From: Opitutus sp. GAS368
GTDB lineage: Bacteria > Verrucomicrobiota > Verrucomicrobiia > Opitutales > Opitutaceae
Length of the DNA stretch: 13,452 nucleotides
Reading direction: 5' to 3'
Assembly (NCBI GenBank): GCA_945861645.1
Contig: CAMAVZ010000043.1
Location: 1-13,452 of the forward strand
The notes under the pieces were generated by a model that was not told the DNA's origin, made no database searches, and saw nothing but the letters and a program-made list of their open reading frames with translations. Positions 1 to 7,725 of this stretch are shown piece after piece (the stretch's first letter is position 1; each line of letters starts with the position of its first letter). A program made the position numbers and the translations under genes.

Positions 1-10
1 TCCAGACCAA

Positions 11-413
<403 letters not shown>

Positions 414-416
414 GGT

Positions 417-845
417 TTACTTTAAAACTACTGGGTTCTGGGCCGCATGATCATGCGTCGCGCCGGGAAACACCCGAAGCTTAGTGAGCATCTTGGCCGC
501 GAGGCGGTTCTTCGGCAGCATGCCCTTGACGGCCTGCATCACGATAAATTCGGGTTTCTGGAGCCGCACGTCAGCGAGCTTGCGGTATTTCTCACCACCG
601 ACGTAACCAGAAAAGGACATATACTCCGTCGCTTCTTCTTTTTTGCCGGTGAGGACAACCTTGCTCGCGTTAATGACGACAACGAAATCTCCGGTGTCGA
701 CGTGGGGCGTGTAAGTGGGCTTATGACGGCCGCGCAGGATATTGGCGGCTTTAACGGCGAGACGGCCGAGTACTTTCCCCTCAGCATCGATCAAATGCCA
801 CTTGGGGGGCTGCAGCGTCTCATTCTTGGCCAGATAGGTTTTCAT
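417..845 (-). CDS. rplM: 50S ribosomal protein L13 (uL13), 142 aa
   Basis: Motifs WHLIDAEGKVLGRLA, LRGRHKPTYTPHVDTGDFVVVINA and AVKGMLPKNRL. Start moved from 905 (ORF track) to the ATG at 845 (MKTYLAK), which gives the typical L13 N-terminus and length. The extra upstream codons contain the promoter -35. Confidence 0.99.
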   Translation of the reverse strand: MKTYLAKNETLQPPKWHLIDAEGKVLGRLAVKAANILRGRHKPTYTPHVDTGDFVVVINASKVVLTGKKEEATEYMSFSGYVGGEKYRKLADVRLQKPEFIVMQAVKGMLPKNRLAAKMLTKLRVFPGATHDHAAQNPVVLK

Positions 846-861
846 TTGCGGAAAGGGGCCA

Positions 862-890
862 AAGGGAAGGATTTCGCCATAGGCTGTCAA
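862..890 (-). promoter_or_regulatory. Probable sigma70-type promoter of rplM-rpsI
   Basis: Perfect TTGACA on the minus strand (plus-strand tgtcaa, 885-890), about 40 nt upstream of the rplM ATG. At 17-nt spacing the -10 reads TCCCTT (867-862), which is degenerate. Confidence 0.6.
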
Positions 891-940
891 CCCCGAACCC
901 TGCACATTTTCAGAAACTACTGGTGGAACCGCTTAACCCC

Positions 941-1705
941 TCAAAAGTCGAGGTTTACGCCACAGCTTATCCACAAATTATGCCGATCGGCGCGCCCAAA
1001 TGGCCCGTTTGAGGTCGATCGCCCCATAGCATCGGCATAATGCACGCCAAAGACAGCCGTTGTGTGAAGGCCAATGCGATATGGGAGCACCGCTGACCCA
1101 CCCCAATAAGAGTAGCTATCATGACGCCGCAGTCCGGTAGCCTCTGGCCGCCAGTTGTCTTCGTTTGACCAACCAGCCAACGCCTCCAGCTCAAGGAACG
1201 CCCCAAAACGTGTCAGGGCGATACTTCGCGCCACCCCAACTTGCACCGTGTCTGCGCGCAAGCGCACATCACGGCTGTACGATAACCGAGGAGAGAAACC
1301 CTGCATCGGAGAAAATTTTGCGGCCAAACCCAACTCTAACGCACCGCCCACCTCGTTACCTGGAACGGCGCTGAACCAGCGATTCACCATTGAAACCTCT
1401 AAATTAGCCCCGCTGGCCGATGGCGAACTGTAGGCGAGGCTCAAATTTGCCATGCGGGTCTCACGGCCCTTAAGTGGCTGACTCGCCTGCCAGCCAACGC
1501 TAAAATTTTCGCGCGTAAATTTCACTTCACCCTGAGCCGAAGGACCGGCCTGCTCAATTCCGCGAAAAACTGCCCGCGAAGCGTACTGCATATCCACCCG
1601 CCAATCGGGTGCCTGATCCGCCCAAAGCCCCAAAGGAAGCAGGCAGATGATGCCGCGCCGAAAAGCCGAAACTGAAGATATAAATGACATGAAACCGCTG
1701 GCCAT
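941..1705 (-). CDS. Putative outer-membrane beta-barrel protein, TIGR02001/TorF-like porin family
   Basis: Signal-like segment RRGIICLLPLGLWA|DQ, an N-terminal YASRAVFRGIEQAGPSAQ resembling the YxFRGxxQ...PAxQ motif of TIGR02001 proteins, alternating amphipathic beta-strands, and a C-terminal Phe beta-signal (ISCGVNLDF). Start is uncertain (ATG 1705 or 1690). The ORF-track start at 1756 overlaps the divergent gene and is unlikely. Confidence 0.7.
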   Translation of the reverse strand: MASGFMSFISSVSAFRRGIICLLPLGLWADQAPDWRVDMQYASRAVFRGIEQAGPSAQGEVKFTRENFSVGWQASQPLKGRETRMANLSLAYSSPSASGANLEVSMVNRWFSAVPGNEVGGALELGLAAKFSPMQGFSPRLSYSRDVRLRADTVQVGVARSIALTRFGAFLELEALAGWSNEDNWRPEATGLRRHDSYSYWGGSAVLPYRIGLHTTAVFGVHYADAMGRSTSNGPFGRADRHNLWISCGVNLDF

Positions 1706-1713
1706 GGATGTGT

Positions 1714-1741
1714 TTGTTTTCGACCCTGTTGTCCATACACT
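1714..1741 (+). promoter_or_regulatory. Possible sigma70 promoter for the DUF423-cca-GH20 operon
   Basis: TTGTTT (1714-1719), a 16-nt spacer and TACACT (1736-1741), ending 9 nt before the ATG at 1751. Confidence 0.35.
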
Positions 1742-1750
1742 GATTTCGCC

Positions 1751-2134
1751 ATGCATCCCTCTGCCCGTCTTATTATAATCATCGCCGGCCTGCTCGGTTT
1801 CACCGGCGTGGCCCTAGGCGCATTTGGCGCTCACGCGCTCAAGGAAATTTTAACAACCCGCGGCTCGATCCAAACTTGGCAGACCGCGGTCCTTTATCAT
1901 TTGGTCCACGCCGTAGCCCTACTGGCCTTGGCGAGCGGGAGCGGTGGATTAATCAACCCCCGCTGGATTGCCCTCTGCTGGAGTCTCGGGGTCATCCTTT
2001 TTTCGGGCTCACTTTACTGGTTAGCCTTGGGCGGTCCAAAATTTCTTGGGCCGGTTACTCCGCTCGGCGGCCTCGCCTTGTTATCGGGTTGGCTCATCAT
2101 CGCGTGGCAGGGATGGCAATTATCGACCCGATGA
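1751..2134 (+). CDS. DUF423 (YgdD/YwdK/TMEM256 family) small membrane protein
   Basis: 127 aa with family motifs GVALGAFGAHAL, WQTAVLYHLVHAVALL, GVILFSGSLY and LGPVTPLGG, and four hydrophobic segments. Confidence 0.93.
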   Translation: MHPSARLIIIIAGLLGFTGVALGAFGAHALKEILTTRGSIQTWQTAVLYHLVHAVALLALASGSGGLINPRWIALCWSLGVILFSGSLYWLALGGPKFLGPVTPLGGLALLSGWLIIAWQGWQLSTR

Positions 2135-3558
2135 AACTTCCCCCACCCTTGCTCGCTACCCTAACCGCCCTGCGCTCCGCCGGCGGCCGGCCGCGCTTGG
2201 TGGGTGGATGCGTTCGCGACTGGCTCTTGGGCCTCGAACCAAAGGATTTCGATGTCGAGGTTTATGGTCTCGATTATGAGGCCATGGGCCGAGCCCTCGC
2301 CCCCTTCGGACCTACTGATCTTGTTGGGCGCAGCTTTGGCGTACTCAAAATTCGCCTCGAGGACCGCGAATACGATTTCAGCCTACCGCGGCGCGAATCA
2401 AAAATCGGCGCGGGCCATCGGGGCTTCGTCATCGCACCTGATCCTGAGCTAACGGAAACCGAGGCGGCGGCACGCCGCGACTTCACCGTCAACGCCATTG
2501 CTTATGACCCGTTAGCCGATCGCTTACTTGATTTTCACGGAGGCATCGACGACCTAAAAAATAAAATTCTACGACACACGAGCGCGGCCTTTGCTGAAGA
2601 TCCCCTCCGGGTGCTGCGAGCTTTTCAACTGGCGGCGCGTTTCGAGTTTACCCTCGCCCCAGCAACAGCCGCGTTGAGCCGCACCATCAGCGATAGCTAC
2701 CCTGAATTACCTCTCGAGCGCGTCTGGGGCGAGTGGGACAAATGGGCGACTAAAGCGAGTAAACCATCGCAAGGCTTGATCGTGCTCAAACAGGCGGGCT
2801 GGCTACACCATTTCCCAGAAATTGCCGCGCTGGATGGGGTCCCCCAAGAACCGGAATGGCACCCTGAGGGCGATGTCTTTATCCATACGGGTCACTGTCT
2901 CGATGCCTTAGTCGGACTTGCAACTTGGCGCAATGGAAAACCCCACACGCGACGCATCTTATCCCTGAGCGTACTCGGTCACGATTTTGGCAAAGCCCTT
3001 ACCACCAAACAAGCCGAGCGCCGCGGCAAATTGCGCTGGACCAGTCCGGAACACGAAGCCGTCGGGGGCCCCCTGGCAGAAACATTTTTGCAACGCATCG
3101 GTGCCCCGCTCGATTTAATTGAATCAGTCCGGCCGCTCGTGGTTAATCATTTACTGCACCATGATCAACAGCCCGCGTTTCGTGATACCACGGTGCGAAG
3201 GCTCGCGCGGAAAATTTCTCCCGCGACCCTTGATGAATTACTCGCCGTCATGGAATCGGATCATCTCGGCCGGCCCCCGCTTATTCCGCCGGAAACTGTC
3301 CGCCGCATCAGCCAACTGCGCTCCGCCGCCCAACGCTTAGCTTTGGAGCATGCTGCGCCCAAACCTCTCGTGCTCGGTCGGCATTTAATTGCCCACGGCT
3401 ATGCCCCTGGCCCGCAATTTAAAAAGACCCTCGACGCGGCCTTTGAATCCCAGCTCGACGGCGCCTTCAGCGATGAAGCCGGCGGCGTGGAATGGATGGG
3501 CAATTATTTGCGCGCTCACCCCCCGACCAACTCGCCCACCCCGCTCACGCCGTCATGA
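2131..3558 (+). CDS. cca: Class II tRNA nucleotidyltransferase (CCA-adding enzyme) with HD domain, 475 aa
   Basis: Motifs VGGCVRD...KDFDVE, RRDFTVNA, EDPLRVLR and ERVWGEW, plus an HD domain (PEWHPEGDVFIHT, GHDFGK at 2977-2994). The flexible loop with an RxE motif (PRRESKIGAGHRGF) is present. LVGRSFGV does not match the poly(A) polymerase signature LVGRRF. The true start is the ATG at 2131, which overlaps the DUF423 stop (ATGA), not 1876. Confidence 0.88.
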   Translation: MKLPPPLLATLTALRSAGGRPRLVGGCVRDWLLGLEPKDFDVEVYGLDYEAMGRALAPFGPTDLVGRSFGVLKIRLEDREYDFSLPRRESKIGAGHRGFVIAPDPELTETEAAARRDFTVNAIAYDPLADRLLDFHGGIDDLKNKILRHTSAAFAEDPLRVLRAFQLAARFEFTLAPATAALSRTISDSYPELPLERVWGEWDKWATKASKPSQGLIVLKQAGWLHHFPEIAALDGVPQEPEWHPEGDVFIHTGHCLDALVGLATWRNGKPHTRRILSLSVLGHDFGKALTTKQAERRGKLRWTSPEHEAVGGPLAETFLQRIGAPLDLIESVRPLVVNHLLHHDQQPAFRDTTVRRLARKISPATLDELLAVMESDHLGRPPLIPPETVRRISQLRSAAQRLALEHAAPKPLVLGRHLIAHGYAPGPQFKKTLDAAFESQLDGAFSDEAGGVEWMGNYLRAHPPTNSPTPLTPS

Positions 3559-5504
3559 TTCGCGCCTTTCAGTGGGACCTAGCCCGCCAAGTTGAGCGGC
3601 TGGATTTTCTGCAGGCCCAACTGCCCCGCTACGCCGCGTGGGGTTATCAAGAGCTTTACCTGCATCTGGAAGATGCGGTGCACTATCCCAGCCTGCCCGG
3701 AATCGGCCGCGACGATGCTTACACTTATGAAGAACTGGGCGAACTCGTCCTGACCGCGGCCCGCAACGGCATTCGGGTCGTGCCCATCATCAATCTGCTC
3801 GGGCATACGCAGTATCTCCTCAAACATCCTGAATGGCGCGATCTGAACGAAGTCCGCGATGAGCACGACCAAGCCCGCGCGCATGGCCAACTCTGCCCAC
3901 TCCATCCGCGCACGCGCGAGGTAGCGGAAAAACTTTTGCGCGATATCTCCCCTTATTGCACCGCCGGCAAAGTTCACGTTGGACTTGATGAATCTTTTCA
4001 CCTCGGCCAGTGCCCCCGCTGCCAAGAAGAAGTCGCGCGCATCGGGGTTGGCGGACATTTTGCCGGACACGTTAATCGGCTGCAGGCGCTCTGCACCCCC
4101 CTCGGTCTCACGATGGGTCTTTGGGCCGATATGTTTTATTTTGTGCCGGAGGCCATTCCGCTGCTCCCGCGCGGCCTCATCGCTTACGATTGGTATTACT
4201 ATCCGTTCGCGAAAAAGCCCCGCGTGGAGTTATTTAACTTTTCCGAACGTGATTTATATCCTGCCTTAAAAAAACACGGCATCGCCTATTATGGGTGTCC
4301 GATGAACGGCGCATTCCGCCATGAACCGCTGCCCGTGTTAGGCGATCGCCTCGCCAATATTAGCTCGTGGTGGAAACGCTGCGCCGCGATTGATGCGACC
4401 GGTTTTCTGGTGACGGCGTGGGAACCAAGCCGACTGGCCCTAGAGACCACCACGATGGTGGATGCCGCGGCCGCAAGCCTCTGGTTAGAACCTGAAATAA
4501 ATGACGCTACGACGATGCTCGCGGCTGGACTCAAGCGCGTATTTAAATCCGATCATGCCCGCGCCTTAGCGCGTGCCCTCTTAGCCGCGGATGAATATGC
4601 GTTCACGGGTTATGCCCGTTGGCAGATCAATGATCGCTGGGATGTCTTTGCTGGGAACGAAAGCCTCAAGCCCTACCAAGCCGAAGAGCGATTCTTTCGC
4701 CGTCTCTGCCAGCCATCGATGGGCTGGCCCAAGGCCTTAGCCGCGAGTCTCGCTTTTAGATTATACCTCGCGCAGCGCGACGCGTTTGTGCGGGCCGCGG
4801 CGCGCACCGTATTTAAATTACGGCGAATTATCGCCCAAGATCGCTCGAGCCAAGGCGGCGCAGCGCGACGACGGGAAACCGCGGCGACTTATCTAGAACA
4901 GCTTAAGACTACCGCCGCCGAGTTTGCCCAAGCCCTCCATGCTGGTCGCACCGCCGCCCGCGCTATGTGGGCCCGGACACGCTCACTACAGCTATGCGGG
5001 CCTAATGAAAAGATGCTCCAGACGGATGCGCACCGCCTCAGGGCATGGCGGGAGTGGTTAAAAGCTGCCGGCCGAAACCCCGCCATCATCATAGAGGCCA
5101 CCCCCGTTTGTGGCGCGTGGCAGTTACAATTTATGGTGCATAATTTTGCGCCCGCGGGGCAAGAAATTGTGGTCGAACAACTGGGCCCCGATGGCCTCTG
5201 GCGCGAATTAGCCAGCCGATTCACCATGGAATTTCGTGCCCAAACCGCGCGGCCCCGCTCGAAGTGCAAACGTGAATTCACCGTGCCATTGACCACCTCC
5301 CGCCCATCCCTCCGCATCGCGCTCCGCGGCATAGGCGCGGTGGCGATTAGTCATATCACCGTGACCGATGGAGTTGTGATCCAACGGCGCCGCGACTTTA
5401 GCCGCAAAAAAATCTTGGGCCGGCGGGCTCGTAGCCGGGGCCTACCCGACCATGAAACAACCAGTAAGATGAATTTATTACTAAGGGATTTACCTGACTT
5501 ATAA
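3555..5504 (+). CDS. Glycoside hydrolase family 20-like (beta-N-acetylhexosaminidase/HexD-like) protein with long C-terminal extension, 649 aa
   Basis: RAFQWDLAR first strand, YLHLED, YTYEELGELV...GIRVVPIINLLGH, catalytic HVGLDE (3975-3992), WADM, DWYY and TAWE. Start is the ATG at 3555, overlapping the cca stop (ATGA). No signal peptide is visible. Confidence 0.85.
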   Translation: MIRAFQWDLARQVERLDFLQAQLPRYAAWGYQELYLHLEDAVHYPSLPGIGRDDAYTYEELGELVLTAARNGIRVVPIINLLGHTQYLLKHPEWRDLNEVRDEHDQARAHGQLCPLHPRTREVAEKLLRDISPYCTAGKVHVGLDESFHLGQCPRCQEEVARIGVGGHFAGHVNRLQALCTPLGLTMGLWADMFYFVPEAIPLLPRGLIAYDWYYYPFAKKPRVELFNFSERDLYPALKKHGIAYYGCPMNGAFRHEPLPVLGDRLANISSWWKRCAAIDATGFLVTAWEPSRLALETTTMVDAAAASLWLEPEINDATTMLAAGLKRVFKSDHARALARALLAADEYAFTGYARWQINDRWDVFAGNESLKPYQAEERFFRRLCQPSMGWPKALAASLAFRLYLAQRDAFVRAAARTVFKLRRIIAQDRSSQGGAARRRETAATYLEQLKTTAAEFAQALHAGRTAARAMWARTRSLQLCGPNEKMLQTDAHRLRAWREWLKAAGRNPAIIIEATPVCGAWQLQFMVHNFAPAGQEIVVEQLGPDGLWRELASRFTMEFRAQTARPRSKCKREFTVPLTTSRPSLRIALRGIGAVAISHITVTDGVVIQRRRDFSRKKILGRRARSRGLPDHETTSKMNLLLRDLPDL

Positions 5505-5594
5505 TAGTTATACCCGACGAGGGCATAGCGGGCCAAGTCACGATCGGGCAATTTTCAAATAAGTGACCGCCTGCCGCGGGCGCCAAGACTGATC

Positions 5595-7631
5595 TTATCG
5601 AGCAGGTATTTCTAGGACTTTGAAGGGGGCGATTTTGACTGAGCCGACTTTGTCTGACGGCAAGTACTTATCTAAGAATGCCTCGACCGTTTTATAATAC
5701 TTAAAAGCAGTTTCTTCTTTTTGAAAACCATGGCCCTCCTTGCTTTCGATCAGGATCTCGTAGGTCTTGCCATGCTTCTGCAGCGCGCGCTCTAACGCCT
5801 CCCAGTGGGAGAATTCTACGCGGGGATCATTGCGACCATAGGCATGCAGCGTAGGCACCTGGATTTTTTCTACGTGCTCAACGGGAGATCGTGCGGCAAG
5901 TACGGCGGGGTCGCGGCCAACCGCTTTTTCAAAGTAGGCACTCGAGGCCGCATCTGTGCGCGTGTCGTAGCGTGTAATGAGTCGCAGATCGGCGACGCCG
6001 ACATAATTAATTCCCACCTTGTACAACTCAGGCGTCATTGTAACCCCGGCCAAAGCAGCGTAACCGCCATAACTCGCCCCCATGATACCGATCCGTCCGG
6101 CGTCAGCCAATCCTTGGGCCACGACCCATTTCACCGCATCGGTTAAGTCATCCTGCATCTTGCCACCCCATTCGCGATAGCCAGCGTACTCAAAGGTTTT
6201 CCCATAGCCCCCAGAACCACGGTAGTTAACCTGAAAGACCGCATAGCCCCGATTGGCCAAGAACTGGACCTCGCTATTGAAACCCCATGAATCACGAATC
6301 CCAAAAGGGCCACCATGAGGCATGATCAACAGCGGCGGAAGCTTTCCCTCTGAACCTACGGGTCGCGTCAAATACCCATGAATTTCCAACCCGTCGCGTG
6401 CCTTAAACTGAACCGGCTGCATGGGACTCATCAGAGCTGGCGGCACGGCCTGACGCACGGCGGTGATCAGCTGGACCCTCAGCCCTTCCCCTTTTAGGTC
6501 TGCTAATAAAAACTGCCCAGGATCACGGTCAGAGGATAGCCGAAATACAAAGCGCTTTTCGTCGTCCGAGATGGAGGTGACGCCAACATTATAATCCGGA
6601 TATTGTGCTTCAATACTTTGAAGGATGGAGCGCCACCGCTGGTCGACCCACTGGGTATGGACCTTGGCCCCTTGATAGACCACCGCGACCAAACGATCTC
6701 CCTTGGGCGAAAAGATGGCCCGAATAATTTCCCCCTCTGGTGGATTAAAAATTGGCCCGCTTAACTGGCCAGAGTCTAAATCCAATGAACGCAATATTCC
6801 GCGATCTTCGGTTGTATAATCAATCAGGTAAGCCGTTTTGCCGTCAGCCAATAACCCTTGGATATTCCAGCGCACATCCGTGACATCGAACGTTTTGATC
6901 ACCTGCCAGCGCTGATCGTTGCGCTCACGAATGCAAAAGCTCAGTTGCTTGCCCTCAACGAGCGTAGTCAGCCGTTGCTGGCCCGCGCGATCAAACCAAC
7001 CGGCACTATAACCACGGTCTAGCCCGACCACCTGCGCTCGCCTCCCAGTCTTTACATTAACCTTATATACGGTGGGCGTAGGATTGCGGGGCATGCTCGG
7101 ACGAATCTTTGTCGCATCAGATTCCTCCGTGTAGCCCGTAATCAAAATATGGGTATCACTAGCAACAAATCGGTCGACGAGGTTGCCGAAAAAAATCGAG
7201 AAATCATCCTTCGTTCGCCGAGGTTCAATAATCCGCTTATACGACTTCCCCATTAAATCCACCGAAGCCAGCAAGGGAATTTCATGGCCATCGATGGCCG
7301 AAGTAAACAGGAGCCGATCACTCCCCTTCCAAAACACGCTGCTGATATTTTCGTCCTTAAAATGAACGGGGACACTCAGCTGGCCGTTATTGGTATCGAG
7401 TACGGCCAAGCTATAACGTCCATTGTTTGGCGCGATCATGGCGATCATGGCGCCATTTGGTGAAATAACCGCGGCACGAATAGACTGATTATCAAAGAAT
7501 AGCTCGAGCGGTAAGACCGAGGCCGCTGCGACGGCTGGCTCGGTGGCCGCCGCTAGCCTTAGGGCAAACCAAGATGAGCCGGCTGTGAGCAGAATTAAGA
7601 ATCGTAAGACCCAGCGGGTAGAATGAGGCAT
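5595..7631 (-). CDS. Secreted S9 (prolyl oligopeptidase family, S9C-like) serine peptidase
   Basis: N-terminal signal-like sequence and a beta-propeller-like region. The catalytic domain has PHGGP, NYRGSGGYG, nucleophile GASYGG (6063-6080), Asp in GRNDPRV and His in EGHGF. Confidence 0.95.
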   Translation of the reverse strand: MPHSTRWVLRFLILLTAGSSWFALRLAAATEPAVAAASVLPLELFFDNQSIRAAVISPNGAMIAMIAPNNGRYSLAVLDTNNGQLSVPVHFKDENISSVFWKGSDRLLFTSAIDGHEIPLLASVDLMGKSYKRIIEPRRTKDDFSIFFGNLVDRFVASDTHILITGYTEESDATKIRPSMPRNPTPTVYKVNVKTGRRAQVVGLDRGYSAGWFDRAGQQRLTTLVEGKQLSFCIRERNDQRWQVIKTFDVTDVRWNIQGLLADGKTAYLIDYTTEDRGILRSLDLDSGQLSGPIFNPPEGEIIRAIFSPKGDRLVAVVYQGAKVHTQWVDQRWRSILQSIEAQYPDYNVGVTSISDDEKRFVFRLSSDRDPGQFLLADLKGEGLRVQLITAVRQAVPPALMSPMQPVQFKARDGLEIHGYLTRPVGSEGKLPPLLIMPHGGPFGIRDSWGFNSEVQFLANRGYAVFQVNYRGSGGYGKTFEYAGYREWGGKMQDDLTDAVKWVVAQGLADAGRIGIMGASYGGYAALAGVTMTPELYKVGINYVGVADLRLITRYDTRTDAASSAYFEKAVGRDPAVLAARSPVEHVEKIQVPTLHAYGRNDPRVEFSHWEALERALQKHGKTYEILIESKEGHGFQKEETAFKYYKTVEAFLDKYLPSDKVGSVKIAPFKVLEIPAR

Positions 7632-7667
7632 GGAGATAAGCGACTAGCTATAGATAAATTTAGGTGG

Positions 7668-7695
7668 AAAAAAGCCGGACCCAATTGGTCCGGCT
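7668..7695 (-). terminator. Rho-independent terminator after TonB-dependent receptor 7726-10479
   Basis: 9-bp stem AGCCGGACC/GGTCCGGCT (7673-7681 and 7687-7695), a 5-nt loop, then a U-tract on the minus strand (A6 at 7668-7673). It begins 30 nt past the stop codon. Confidence 0.85.
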
Positions 7696-7725
7696 CGAAA
7701 GATCAAGGATCAGATCTGCTCGCCC

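Noticed and set aside
967..975. Perfect DnaA box TTATCCACA
   Set aside because: Single copy inside the beta-barrel CDS (codons for LWI), with no cluster, unwinding element or dnaA/dnaN nearby. It is compatible with chance, although it lies about 80 nt upstream of the rplM -35.
447..1040. 197-aa plus-strand ORF antisense to rplM
   Set aside because: Shadow ORF of a highly conserved gene with no recognisable motifs.
1876..2130. 85-aa N-terminal extension of the CCA enzyme in the ORF track
   Set aside because: Overlaps the well-supported DUF423 gene in another frame. The ATGA-coupled start at 2131 gives a normal CCA N-terminus.
3492..3554. N-terminal extension of the GH20 ORF
   Set aside because: Overlaps the end of cca and is not signal-like. 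The ATGA-coupled start at 3555 fits better.
3579..5586. Antisense and alternative-frame ORFs over the GH20 gene (e.g. 3579-4070, 4889-5332)
   Set aside because: No recognisable domains, and such ORFs are expected in GC-rich coding DNA.
5505..5594. Possible bidirectional terminator or small RNA between the convergent GH20 and peptidase genes
   Set aside because: Only 5-bp complementary patches (CCCGA/TCGGG, GTCAC/GTGAC), with no strong stem plus U-tract.
7432..7452. 9-bp tandem repeat GCGATCATG encoding AMIAMIA
   Set aside because: Only two in-frame copies within a normal-looking propeller strand (ISPNGAMIAMIAP). It is not a contingency repeat.
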